Shown here piece after piece: positions 13,968-31,239 of a stretch of 64,000 nucleotides of DNA (positions are counted from its first letter, which is position 1; the number at the start of each line of letters is the position of its first letter). Both the position numbers and the translations under genes were made by a program. The DNA is from the human T2T-CHM13v2.0 reference genome, Homo sapiens, in assembly GCF_009914755.1 (NCBI RefSeq), contig NC_060933.1, one strand, 5' to 3'. The notes beneath the pieces were generated by a model. The model was not told the DNA's origin and did no database searches. It saw only the letters and a list, made by a program, of their open reading frames with translations.

Positions 13968-15029
13968 ATTCTCATTAAAGTCCTCTGTATAACTGGGAAA
14001 AGAAAACATCTATACCCACTCAACCTACTGCTTACATCAACACAACTTTACTCTTCAAACTGCATTGACCTAACGTTACTTTTCCATGAACCTCTTGCCC
14101 AAGAAGCTGAAGTTGAAGATAATATTATAGTTCGTTTCAAGAACTTTCCCCAAGTCTATTATCCTGTCTTCATTTATCACCCTTTCTTAGAATAATAGAT
14201 AATTTCAAAAGATCATTTATTCTGTACTTTGAAAACCTCCCCACTCTGTGTACTCCGATCTTTACTTATAACAAACCTTGCTCAGTTCTAACTAAGTGCC
14301 CCTCTACACTGCATTGAGAGACTCCCTTTAAATCAGATGTTACAGCACCCCTCCCCCCGCACCACAAACTCATAAATACTCTAACTTTGTCCTCCTGATT
14401 CCTGGGAACTACTAAAACACTTTCAAGGTGATTTTCTTTTCTTTTATAAGTGGCAAAAACTGGGCTTTGTTTTATTTATCAACCGGCCATGAAGTATCTA
14501 TTTACTGTTTGTTCAGAGATTCTCATATATTTCAGTTGGGAAATGTCCAAATGTCTTATTTTAAAACATTGAAGAAAATAGCTACACTTTACCCAGTGCC
14601 AGCCGTGTGATTTACAGACATTGTCTGTCATGCTTTGAATACATTTTCAGGGTTGGTATCACTAATTATATTTTTCACAAACGAGACTCACAGAAATCTG
14701 GAACTTTACAGGGGGTCACACAACTATTTAGAGCAGGGATTTTGGTCCAGGTGCTGGCACCACATTACCTCGGTGAAGCCTGAATCCAGGTCTGCTCTAG
14801 CCAGCTGGAGGAAACATTTGAGGTGTTACCAATTTTAATGAGTTGACATCAGCTCCTACCCTCCCAGTGGGACACCACAAAGGTAGCCAGATAATTGAGG
14901 TAGAAGAGTCACTTTATAATTTTTCAGCAACATTTATATGTTTTAAATCTTCAGCTGCATGGTGGATAGGTAGGTGTTCACCAGTTTATTCTTTATTACA
15001 TCTTTGTATACCTGATATTTCACAGTATT

Positions 15030-15380
15030 TCTTTCTTTTGAAATTTTATTGTGAAGCATTTTAAACATACAAATATAGAATAATATATTGAACCTTAATG
15101 TGCTCACTACCCAGCTTCAACATTGACCAACTATTGATCAACTCTTGGCCAATTATTCATAAACATTTTCGTTTGTGTTTCTAAAATATAAGGATGTTTA
15201 AAGTATGTATCTGTAAAAGGTAAGCACTTAAAAAAACAAAACAAAACAAAACCCACAAATACCACTTCAGGCCGAACATAAGTTTGACAATAGTTTCTAA
15301 GCATCATCAAATATCGAACTAGCATACAAGTATCCAGTTGCCACATACAAATCATAATATTTTAGAGCTTGCTTGTATAA
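15030..15380 (-). mobile_element. Old L1M (L1MC-like) 3' end
   Basis: ttttattgtgaagcattttaaacatacaaa...ctcactacccagcttcaaca...atcaactcttggccaat. Confidence 0.7.
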
Positions 15381-16019
15381 TATGATTAAACTTCAGTAAC
15401 TTAAGAGGGCTTTAGTCTCCCATTTAACATAGAATATGAAAACTTGTCCTAATGGGAATATTTCTGTTGAAAGGCAGCTTGAGTTTCCCACTGTGGTCTC
15501 AGTTCTTAATGTTTTGATTTGAATTTTCATGAAAATGTTTATTTTCATGAAGCCCCATTTATTTAAAGCATGACCTTATTTTTTTTTTTTGCAAGTTCTG
15601 AACCTGTCGTCCTGTTTTAATTTGTACGTCTGGACCACATAATATCTTTATGGTACTCAAAGCCCCTTGGGGCTGGGGCGAGGATGCAGTTAAGAGGCAT
15701 TATCAATACAAGTTAATCCGGGATGTCTGCTCTCATTTTTCAGGTTTTCATGTTTAAGTCAATAACTACTTTGACATACAGATCTGACTTTTTCTCCAGC
15801 AGCAATTTGCATTTCTGGTCTCATAAAGCCTTTCTTATTCCTTTGTGGTTATTCGTGTTTCTAATGAGTAATAAAGGAACTGTCAACATTGATGTGAACC
15901 AAGAGGTAACACACGGAGGGGTGGTACAGTTAGAGGTATGAGCTACTAAAATTCCCCAAGCAGTTTTAATCAAAACCCACCCTTACTGTTTTCATTGTAT
16001 CCATGATATTTTTTACATT

Positions 16020-16195
16020 AAAAAATAAAAGAAAGAAAAAAGAAGGAGGGAAAGTAGGAAGGAGGGAGGGTTGGAGATAAAGAAGGATGGAAGTAGGGAA
16101 AGACAGAGGGAGATGGAAGGAAGGAAGGAAGGGAGGGAGGGAGGGGAAGGAAAGGAAAGGAAAGGAAAAGAAAGGAAAGGAAAGGAGGAAGGAAG
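16020..16195. repeat. Polypurine low-complexity tract (GGAA/GGGA/GGAAA)
   Basis: Directly visible; uninterrupted purines from about 16115 to 16195. Confidence 0.95.
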
Positions 16196-17473
16196 TAGCA
16201 GGTGCTTTTGAAGTTAGGTAATGATACATCAATCTTGTATTTCTTTCTTCAGGAGTGGTACAGTCATCTACAGGTCATCTGTCAGAATATAATGAGAAAA
16301 TCTCGACCCTGGGACTTCATATTTGGCCCTATTCCCTAGTAGACATGTCTGCTCCTGAAGAGGAGTCCCAACTTGGTAGTAGCTCTGTAAGCTAAACAAA
16401 TATCTGCCAAAACATTAGGCAGATGGTTATCAAATGATTTTCACATTCCCTATGTGAAGATCACTGTGCCCTGCTGATGACAGGATTACATAGGGACTAA
16501 AACAAATTAACTGGAAGCAGGGAGGAGAAGGGGGAGAATCCTATTAGTTTGGACCACACATGTGGTTAAATAAAAGCAGGAACAATCACAGCATTGGGTT
16601 TTATTTAGATCAGTATGTGCTTTCTCAAAGGGATTGAAAGTATTTGGAATGTGATTTGTCTTTTTCCACTTTGATTGCTTTGTAGCGTGGTGCCTCTTAA
16701 GAAACCTCATGGGTGCATAAGCCCACCACAGTGTGGCATTCTCTTTAGAACTCCCAGTGAGGTGGGTTCCCACCCTGATCTCAGAATCTTGTTCAGGGTA
16801 TCTTTTGTGTATTTAAAGGACACTTGGTCTTCTCTGACTATCCCTGCTCAAAGACAGGATCACTGAAATGACTCCCAGCAAAGGATAAAAACAGACATGA
16901 TCCAGTGTGTGTAATGTATAACAAACATTGGCAGGTTTCTCATTCTGTGTTTAACTTTGACATGAAGCTAGTCTGTCATGTTTGAAGATCAAATGAGATT
17001 TCTGCCAACCCACTCCTAGATAGGGAGGATTTATCTGCAACCACACTATGATGTTCCCTTAATACTTTTCAAAAATACAAGTGCTTACATCCTAATAGGT
17101 TTTTAGCTTAAGATCTAATCATCTACTCTTGAATTAAGATGCCTGAATGAAGCCAACTCATTTGGAACTAAGCACTTTAATGTCAACAGAGACATATGGT
17201 ATGGAGACAGAATTACAAAGCCTCTCTTCTGAGGCATCCATTAAGAAAACAAGACTAAGAACACAGCATCATTATTAGTTTACTCATTTATTTCTTAGTA
17301 AATCATTGAGAGTAATATTGTCTTATGAAAGTAGAAATGGTCTAAAAATTACATGTTAGGGATAGGGTACATTCCCGTTTGAAATGGTGACATTATTCCC
17401 TTGCTCCATAATTACTGCCCACTTCTTTTGCAAACAGCAGTAAATTTTTATAACAAAAAGAAAATACAATATA

Positions 17474-17806
<333 letters not shown>

Positions 17807-18358
17807 TCACATGTTGCCATTTGTAGGAAAGTACATTCCAGTCCAAATACAAGTTGTCATTTAGGACTCCTCAAAACCAGTACAATTGTCAATACAATAA
17901 TGTAATTGAAAAGTTAGACCTGACTTGTCAAATGAGGAAAATGTATTAATAAGGAATTGTGGAACAGTGAGCCTCTGAGAAGATTATGTTGCTATTTAGC
18001 TGCAGACAATCTGCAAAATAGAAGTGTGCTAATTCTGCTCATCTTGGTCAAATTAATACATCCAAAAGGTTTGAATGACATCAAGTTATTCAAAGCATTT
18101 GACCAGGAGGTAACCCTCTCTCTTGCCTAGTTAATTTTTGTTAACTCTCACATATTTCCTAGTGGTAGTGAAAACAGGGTCTTTTAAGCCACCTAGACTA
18201 TGTTGCCTTACCTATTTTATGTTTTCTTACCATTTTCTCTTAGTCCTTTGAAGCATTTGTCACAACTGGGTTATTATTTGGCTAATGTTTGCATTTTCTG
18301 CTAGTTTGTAAGCTCTGTAACATCAGTTCTATATTTGCCTTTTCCATCACTTTATTGC

Positions 18359-18753
18359 TGTGGTAATTGTTCTATTTGTTAAAAGTATTCTGTACCTTTC
18401 ACTGCAGAATCCCTCTCTACCAGAATGTTATAGTACCAGTCCCAAAGCTTAGTCACATGCCTTGCTTTGACCAATAAAATATAAGTGGAATTGACATGTG
18501 TCATTCTGAGCAGAAGCTTTAAAGGTTTTCATATGGTCTCCCCATTGCTTTTCCCCTATGTCAAGACACCAGCATATCCCAGATAGGGCTGCTTCTCGAA
18601 CCTGGAATGAATTGAATTCTGAAATGAAGATTTAGAGCAGAATCAAAGCTGAGTGGGAATAGGTATGTAATATGAGCAAAAAATAAACTTTTATGGTTGT
18701 AAGCCCCCATGATTGGGGGTTATTTGTTACTGCTGCTTAATTTGACTGATACA
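18359..18753 (+). mobile_element. MLT1J-like MaLR solo LTR inserted in an L2 3' end
   Basis: tgtgg...ttgctttgaccaataaaatataagtggaattgac...aataaacttttatggttgtaagcc...gactgataca; the L2 tail resumes at tgcctggcacatggtagg...gaatgaa. Confidence 0.8.
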
Positions 18754-19389
18754 AATACCTGATGACTGTCAGGATGCCTGGCACATGGTAGGCCTGCAAT
18801 ACATATTTGGTGACAGACTGAATGAATTAATAGAGATATGTAATGGAGACACACAGGAATTTAAGGCATATGCAGGTGCAAAGTAGTAAAAATCTGAGTG
18901 TGTATCATTATTTCAACCACAGAAATTTGGGGTTTAATGTAATAAACATGTAATTATCTGCTTTTGAAACCTAAGCCACTCAAGTTAAATATGTGTGATG
19001 TAACAAAAGTCATGCATTATTTACTATTAACTAGTGAGGTACAGCAGTGGTTCATGGAAGGGAGGGAAAAGTGGTATGTCGCAATAGCCAGGTGAGAGTT
19101 CACTTGAGGATGTGAACTGGATGAACAAGTGGATTTATCAAGGCTTTTAGTTAGTGGAGGGGTGAGAGGAGGACATGGCAGATTTCTAAAAGGAGAAAGA
19201 TGAAAACAAAACTTGTGGATTAGGGAAACTCAGGGATATGATTTAATGAAGATGATGTTTAGGCAGATTAGTCAGGTGGCAGACTGCAGAATGAACGGAT
19301 TAGAGAAGAGAATTGAGAGGCTAGAAACAGTTAAGAAGCTACTTCAGAAAATGTACCATCAAAAAAAGGGCAATTAACTCTCAGGGAAG

Positions 19390-21000
19390 CTATACATTCA
19401 AAGTGACCTTAACAAAAGTGTAAACAAGATTATCATTCGTTTTTAGGGAACTAGACTAGAAAATTCTAAATTCACTTGGAAAAATTGTTTAAAAAGAGGA
19501 ACATTCTAAAAAAGAATTATGAGATATTAAAACATAGAATCTAAATAATTAATATGACATTTTGAATGGACAGGCAGATCAATGGGAGAGTTTTGAAAAT
19601 AAAAAACATATACAAGTTCATTCGGAAAATTAGTGTCAAGAGGTATCATTAATAGTCAGTGGGAAAAGATGGATAATTCATTTGGACTGGCATCTGCAAA
19701 AACAAGTTGGACCTGACCTCATATATTGCAGAATAAATTCCAAATGGATCAAAGCATTGAATGTACTAGATTCGATCATAATACCATTTCTGTAGGTCAA
19801 AAATTATCAAATATTGGTGATTTCATATGATTCACCTAATAAAAACTGAAGTTACAAAAGTACCTGGAGTAACTACTTGGCATTTTTTTTTTTTATCATT
19901 TAAGGCATGAAAGTGAATATCACTTGGCTTTTAAAAACATTCTTATGTTGGGAAAGACTTTTAAAGCTATGACACAGAATCCAAAGGCCTATAGCATAAA
20001 AGATGGTTAAATTCAACTACTTAATAATAAAGTTTTTCTGGAAGGCAAAAATCACCACAAACAGAGTAAAAAGACAAAGGACAAACCTGCAAAAATGTTT
20101 TCAACTTATATAGACATATAATTAATTTCTCTAATATCCAAAGAACTTCTACAAATCAATGCACAAAAAGCCAATAATGCACTAGGAAAATTAAAATAAA
20201 ATATCAACACATAGTTCAAAGGACAAAGTATTAATTGGCTCTTATTCATATGAAAGGATGCTCAGCCTCACTCATAACATGCAGCCTCACTCATTTAATT
20301 TGAAAATTCAAATTAAAATTAAAGTAAGATAAAATTGTTTCAGCTATTAGATTGCAGAGATCCCAGAGTTTGATAGCACATTATGTTGGCAAATGGAAGC
20401 ACTTCCGGTAGGGGTACAAATTGCTAAGTTTTCAATAGGGGACAATTTGCCCATATCCGTCAAAAGCACCGAAGAACATACTCTGACCCAGCCATCCCAT
20501 TTTGGGAAATTTATCCTATTGATGCACCTGTACATGTGTGAAATGGCAATGGCAACATTATTAAATGCAGAATTGTTTGCAAAATCAAAAGTCTTAAAAC
20601 AACTCGAATGCCCAGTTTTGGACGATGGCTAAATAAATTATAGTACAGGTCCATAATTGAACAATGTACAACCATAACAATGAATGAGACAATTCTAAAT
20701 ACTGACATAAAAAGACATTCAAATAAAATTGTCATGTGAGAAAGAAAAGGCCAAGGGCAATGTGTACTGTATGCTGCCATTGATCTTAAAAAGGCTAACA
20801 GAGAATATATGAACATACACGTAAGTACAGCATTTCTATGGAAAAACATATTAGGAGCTAATAACATTGGCTGTGGGAAGATGAACTGGATATCCAGGGA
20901 ACAGGGTGGAAGTTACACTATTCACTGCATAGCCTTTGCACATTTTGAATTTTGAACCACTTTAATATATTACCTATTTACAAAATTAAATTTAAAAAAA
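19390..21000 (+). mobile_element. Ancient L1ME ORF2 3' part and 3'UTR
   Basis: Degenerate ORF2 motifs (aaataaattccaaatggatcaaag, atgaaaggatgctcagcctcactcat, gacccagccatcccattttggga) and an L1ME-type 3' end. Confidence 0.8.
19766..19839. mobile_element. MADE2 mariner-derived MITE nested in L1ME
   Basis: ccatttctgtaggtcaaaaa...gatttcatatgattcacctaa matches the MADE2 consensus as recalled; flanked by TA dinucleotides. Confidence 0.75.
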
Positions 21001-21056
21001 TGATAGTTTAGTTTGAACGAGTTGATGTCAACACCCTTTGAAAGAGGGCTATTTCT

Positions 21057-24197
<3,141 letters not shown>

Positions 24198-24384
24198 AAA
24201 GAGGGCTATTTCTGTTGCAGATAGTTAGATCTTACTTGATTTGAAAAAAGAAAAACACCCACACACAAAAATCCTGAACTCAATATAATAAATGACCATC
24301 AATCATATTCTATGTATAGACCTATATGTAATTATAATAATGAAATTTTAAATAAATTAGTATGCAGATAATCCATTTCCTACA

Positions 24385-24950
24385 TTGAAATTAGAGTGAA
24401 CTTTCTAAAACACAAATTTGATAGTGTCTCTCCCCTGCTTTAAATCCTTCCATGGCTCCTCATTGCCCTAAGGATAATGAAATCCAAATTCCTTAGTGTA
24501 ACATACAAGGCCTTCCACTGCCCAGGTCTCTGCTTGTTATTCCAACTTCACTTCTTACTCCTTTCCCTATCTTGTTCCATTTATTCCAAATTTTCTATAG
24601 TCTTTAGGACCCAAGCTCCACACCAGAACTTTATACGTCTCTGTTTATCTGCAGCTTTTCTTTTGGCTTAGAGGATCGTACTTCTTTTCCCTTCCTCCGT
24701 GCACCCTCTTGTTCCTCAGTAATTAGATATCAAGTCTCCCTGACCCCCAAGGCTGGATAAGCTCAATCTTCTCCACAGTCCCATAGCATCCCACACTGTT
24801 CTCTGCAATTGTCTGTACACCACCAATTGGTAACTGATGCTTCATTTTTTTATCCCTCAGTAGATTGTGAGGTCTTGAGGGAACTGTGAGCTTGGCAGAG
24901 CAATCGGCACAGAGTTGATTAAATGTTTATTGAATGAGAACATGAATGAA
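24385..24950 (+). mobile_element. L2 LINE 3' region
   Basis: ctttctaaaacacaaatttgat...ccttccatggctcctcattgccc...aaatgtttattgaatgagaacatgaatgaa. Confidence 0.8.
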
Positions 24951-25326
24951 TCAATCCGTTGAAGAAATCCAACTATGAGGTGGCAATGGGAATGGAGGAA
25001 CACAGGTGATAGGAAGAAATAATCCAAAAGAAAAGTAAACAGGACTTGGTGATAGATGTGTCATAGCCAACTAATTGACTTTGTAAAATTCAGCTCAGAA
25101 TTGATACTCTCTGCCAAGCCTCATCTTACAAATCAGCCTCTATCAGCAGCAGGCAGGAGTCCTTCTGGCTCAAGTCTTTCTTCCACTGTGGAACTACTTG
25201 CAAAAATGTGTTGCTTCCCCTCCACATTTCATCAATCAGCTCACCCCTTCTGGATATAGTACTAACATAGCACACAGGAAACCAAATGCCATGCTCTGCA
25301 TTCCAGCGTCGGCACCCCATTCTATC

Positions 25327-25440
25327 ATCTCTTTTATGTATGGTAAGAATCCTGTGAAGTGGGCTGGGTAGTTTAATTCCATCTATTCAGCTTATTTTCC
25401 AGGTAATGAAGGAGGCACAGAGATCTCAAATTGTAAACCC
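25327..25440 (+). repeat. 114-bp dispersed direct repeat, copy 1
   Basis: Ungapped manual alignment to 27905-28018 with 11 mismatches. Confidence 0.95.
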
Positions 25441-25863
25441 TAAGTTGTGGAAACTTTGCCTGGGGCACTTATTCCACCAGATCTTAAGTGGGTGCTCTAG
25501 GATCACTGGAGCAGGTAAAAAGATGTATTAATGGCATTATGGTATCTTCCTGAGGAGTCCAAAGAGCAACCAGGGAATAGCAAAAGCAAGGGGAGAACTG
25601 GATTCAGATGGGTCTCGTATACACATGTTATTGATGATTTCTTCTGAGGCATCAAAGGCATTTCCCCTGAAGACACCAAAGGCAGAGAAGACTGATTGGG
25701 AACCTCCTGGGCAGAGTGTCCTAACACCTTTTCTTAAATAGAAATGGAAGTTTCGCATTCCAGCTCATAAGGTATCCCTAGTTATCTTAATATAGGTGTT
25801 TTAAATTATTTGCAAGTTAAATTAGTCAAAACATTTTAATACACAATCAGTGTTTCAGTCTGA

Positions 25864-26254
<391 letters not shown>

Positions 26255-26879
26255 ACCGTATGGTATTCTTGAATCCATCACTGGAGTCTTCCAGAGTGTG
26301 AGTAACCAGTAAGAGAAACACAGGACTATCGAATTCTTATCTCTGGGTTTTAGAGTTCTTAGTTAAAGTGACTATCAATTGGGGGAATTTTTCATAGTTA
26401 AAAGTGAGGCGTTCCTGACCACAGGGACTATGGGGCCTCTAGGCTCATATAATAGGTGTTCCCATTTATTAGAAAGTTCTGGGATTCTAGCACAAGGCCA
26501 TAGCCAATCAGTTTACTGTATTAATTATGCTGTTAGTTATTATCATGTTTTAAAGTTATGCAACACTTCCCAAAGGCAGAGACAATGTCACATTCATTTG
26601 TTTCAAAGGCTGATTGTAGTGGTTCCTGTGTGCTGAATATGTGCTTCACGAATGTTACAATGTTAATATTCAAACAATGGTAGAGTTTTCACAAAACACA
26701 GGGAAGCTTGTCCATAATAAGTTCAATTTAATAAAATTTAATAATAAACAACTATAACATTTAATAAATACACATGAGAATTAAAATTCAATTAAATAAT
26801 TAAATCATAAAATAATTATTTTGTTTTATTAATTAATTATTTTATTATTTTATTTAATTGAAATAAGCTTAATTTAAAT

Positions 26880-27110
26880 AAACTGCCTATGGTAATAGCA
26901 AGAAAAGCTGCAGCTACCCAGCAATAAATGTCAGAAAATATAAAAGACTTTATGGGCATAATTACTAAAAAATATAAAAGAAGAGTTGGATAAATGGAGA
27001 GCTATACTTTATTAGATGGAGAGATTCAATATGTAAAGATGTCAGTTCTTTATAAATTAATTTCTAAAGCCAATACAATTTCAATGAACAGTTAACAGGA
27101 TTTTTCCCTT
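26880..27110 (+). mobile_element. Ancient L1M ORF2 fragment
   Basis: gataaatggagagctatac...gattcaatatgtaaagatgtcagttct...caatacaatttcaat. Confidence 0.7.
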
Positions 27111-27313
27111 ATATATTTAATAAATATCCTAGGAAAAAAAAGCCGTTTCTGTCACCCATCAATGTCAGGATGGTGATGTTGTTAATAGCAAAGGAAATCT
27201 CTAATTCCTCCCCTCCTTGCAGAGTGGCATCGTTAAGTGAATTTTCCCCACATTTTATTAAAATCTGCATTTTCTGGGATGTAAGATGCTATTCGGATCA
27301 TTTACATGACTGA

Positions 27314-27635
<322 letters not shown>

Positions 27636-27904
27636 TCTCCCTGCTTTTCTAAAAACACAATCTACGATGGGGTCTGAGGCTGCTTGTAACATGTAGCATT
27701 TTTACAGTTGGAAATTCTGAAATCAAGAAAAGAAAAACCACTTTCTCTCCAGCCCTACCGCTAGTGAATGGCTGTGTCTCTGACTGAACAAAATCTGGAA
27801 GTAGACAGAGAAAAGAAAAATGAAAGGAATAAAAATTGAAGATAGAGAGACCAGGATGATAATCAAACAATGCCTTACGTTTATGAAAAGTTTTCATTTC
27901 CACT

Positions 27905-28018
27905 ATCTCATTTATGTATGGTAAGAATCCTGTGAAATGAGCTGGGTATTTTAATTCCATCGATTCAGCTTATCGTGCAGGTAATGAAGGAGGTACGGAG
28001 ACCTCAAATTGTAAACCC
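27905..28018 (+). repeat. 114-bp dispersed direct repeat, copy 2
   Basis: Matches 25327-25440 at ~90% identity. Confidence 0.95.
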
Positions 28019-28449
28019 AGTGCATGACATAGATATATTTTATTATCTCTTAGGCAGTGCTGTGTGTGGAAGGAGCCAGGCTTTCATCCAAACCTAGACG
28101 GTGCACATTTTCAACATGGAAAACATTAGGGAAGGCTTTATGGTGGTGGTAAGAAGTGGGCTTTGAACAAAAACAGAACCTGAAGTGTTGGAGGAAAAAG
28201 GGAGGGTGTTTCTCATGAGAAAACAGGCACACAGACCTGAAGTTGAGGAGGAGAACAGCTGATGGAGCGTAGCAAGGAATTGGCCTCAGGGGTGAGAGCT
28301 TAGGAGGAAAGGATCACAAGAATGATGCCAGGATGGAGGAGGTGGGGTGCTTGGCCGAGACCCCCCAGGGCCCCTTGGAGAGCTGTTCTGATGGACCAGA
28401 ACCCTAAAGATCTCAGTGGGATGGTCAGCATGCTTTGGGACCTGACTGA

Positions 28450-28640
28450 CCTTGACTCCTTTCCCACTTTCTTACTTGCTGGCTGAGCAACCTTGTGAAG
28501 TTATTTATCTTTTTGTCTCCAATCCCTCCTGTGAAAGATGCAGTTGTATTTCCCTATACAACTATTGTGAAGAATGAATGAGTTAATGAATGTGACACAG
28601 TACCTGTCATGTGGAATGTACTCAATAGATATTATTATTA
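28450..28640 (+). mobile_element. MIR SINE
   Basis: cttacttgctggctgagcaaccttgtgaagttatttatct...ttgtgaagaatgaatgagttaat...tactcaatagatattatt. Confidence 0.75.
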
Positions 28641-29246
28641 TTATATGAACATGGGAGTGCCATGATGACAGGCTACAAGATAAATGAGAACAGTCAGTTA
28701 AATTTTAAATAACCCATTAAGAATATTGCTTGGTTGGGAAACCAAATAATCTGTCATAAACAAGATGTGCTTTGCAAAGGCTTCACTGTAGAGACCTTTG
28801 TAGGACCATGCAAGATTTGCTCTCATTATGGTTCATATGATCAGAATTGGAATCTTAAAATTACCTTCCACCCCCTTATCCTCATCCCTTCAAAAATGTA
28901 AATGGAAGGATTATCTCTGAGCCATCCATCCTGGAACCTTCTAATGTTCTCTTTCCAAAAGAAGGACTGGGAAACGTGATGGAAGCTCTTGGAGTTTCCA
29001 TTTAGGAAGAAAACAAACAGAAAGAAATCACACAAATTCACACTCAAGTGCTACTCTAAATGGGAAGAACATATTTCAAAAAATAAACACTCTGTTTGAC
29101 TAATCAGAAGGAAATCTGCTCTCTGAATTCAAAGGCCTCTGCATAGATATTAACAACATAGAGAGAAGAAAATGGCTCATTAATGATTTATGAAAATTGT
29201 TGTCACCGTCAACCAAAGCATATTTTGTGATGAATGAAATGACTTG

Positions 29247-29248
<2 letters not shown>

Positions 29249-29280
<32 letters not shown>
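29249..29280. repeat. (AC)16 microsatellite
   Basis: Perfect repeat, directly visible. Confidence 0.98.
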
Positions 29281-29282
<2 letters not shown>

Positions 29283-29431
29283 CCTACCCCCTGCAGCTAT
29301 GGGCCCTTCTTGGCTGTCATAGTGTGAATCACCACTCGAGGGAGCCCAAGGTTCTCTGGTCCTGGGCTACCTACAGTCACCAGAATGCAATGGAACATGT
29401 TGGGGAGACATGTCCTTCTGCCACTCTACTG

Positions 29432-29617
29432 CAGGGTGGACATTTGGGGCCGAGACAATTCTTGGTGTGGGGGCCCATCCTGTGCACTGTACGATGTTAA
29501 GCAGCATCCCTGCACCCTACCCACTAAATGCCAGTAGCAACAATACTCCCTCTCCCAGTTGTGACAATCGAAATGTGTCCAGACAGTGCCAAATGTCCCC
29601 TAGGGGACAAGCCACTG
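29432..29617 (-). mobile_element. MER20 hAT-Charlie DNA transposon
   Basis: gatgttaagcagcatccctg...cccactaaatgccagtagca...ccagttgtgacaa...ccagacagtgccaaatgtcccct. Confidence 0.9.
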
Positions 29618-31239
29618 CTCTAATGAAGCTCATGGAGGTCGTAGGCCCCCAACACTTTGGTCTCCAATAGAAAAGCACGGCAGGACTGAGAGAGAGTCGA
29701 GTCACCAGCTGTATTTGTCTCACTCTCCTGCGAGCGGCTTAGTGAGAAGCAGAATGCAGGAAGGAACGATCCAGTTCCCTGATGGCCTCACGGGTGTTCG
29801 GAGAGAGCCCGCATCTCAGCCAGCCTTTATGAAGAAAGGAAACACTGTCAAGGCCTGTCTGGGATGGTGCAAGCTGAGGCAAGGCCGTTATCTTCAGCAG
29901 CTCAAATGATTAGTTAATTATTCATTACTATTTGTCATAAAACCCTGAAGGTCTGCCAAGTGGTAGTATGCAGGCAATACTAAGGCAGCGGACGTGTCTT
30001 TTCTTATTTTCCAGTGAAGATGAGGCATGGAAAGACTGGGCTGCTCTGAAAGCACACTCTGCACTGGCACTGGGGGTGTGCAGATGGAAGGTCTAGGAAC
30101 ACGGCACTCTGGATCGCACCATCCTCTGGGCTCTGCGTTTGACATTCTCCCCTCATACTTCCCACTCTGTTGGCTTCAGAGATCATGAGGCCAGAGGAAA
30201 AAGCAATGGAGGCGGGTGCTTCCAGCCTGAAAACAGTCGGAAGCTAGGAGCTCCCGTCTGTCAGCCTTCCCTCCTGCTCTCCATAGCGGTGGAACACAGT
30301 CCTACCAGCAAGGGGCCTTCTCTGCCCTTTCTCCTCTCTTCTTTCTCCTCTGCCCCCCAGGGTCTGCTTTGTGGTGTCTCCTCCCTCTCTATTCTTCTTT
30401 ATGTCTGCCTTTGTTATTCATTTTAACCAGAAACAAGTATATGGTTTATGGTGGGGGAGCTGGGGCTGAGGAGACTGGAGACACAGTGCAATTTGCCCCA
30501 GATTTTGAAAACACCCAAAGGATGGCCTGGCTTTTAGCCCCACTGAAAGAAAACCAGACAGGCTGACCTCTATTTGCCTGAAAACGAGCCAAGGCTGGGG
30601 TTAGGAAATTAAGATCTAGAATCCCAAAGATTCACCATTCCAGGACCACAGCTGAGGCTTCACTGCTATGCTGTGCGGGAGGGGGCTGTGAGATCCCGGC
30701 ATGCCAGGGCAAGAGGGCAGGAGAACCAGCAAAAGTCAGGCTTCGCTCTAATGAGAGAGACTTCTAGGTTTCCCTTCGAGGTGTTGGGTGGTGGGGGAAT
30801 AGTGGCTGTTTCCTTGACAACTGTCATTTAGAATCCAAATAGAGTTCATCATTTGATGAGTTTAGGGCACCACAGGCTGTCCTGATGTGAAGAAAAGGCT
30901 ATTCCGTGCTAAAGAGAACTGGCTTCATTTTAATCCTTGACCTCCACCTTACCTGAGTCACTGAGAGCTGTTCCTCTTCCCAGCACAGCCAGCACACAGG
31001 GTCTGGCCAGGTCACAAGTAGATCCAGGCACATCAGCAAAGTTATTAAGAAGCCTATAAAATTTGGGGACGCATGAGTGGGTGAGACAGTGATTAGAGAA
31101 GCCAAGGAGAGGATGGAAGAGGATGAAAATAGGCTTAGGGCTGCCAACTAAGCCACCTGTGACTGCTGGTCTCATTAACAGCTCTTACTGGGGTGAAGGG
31201 ATATCCTTTGTCCTGGTGCTATAGGGTTTTATAAACTGT

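Noticed and set aside
25343-25402. 60-nt GT-AG mini-intron inside the duplicated unit
   Set aside because: Below the usual minimal human intron size, with a weak pyrimidine tract in copy 2 and no flanking ORF.
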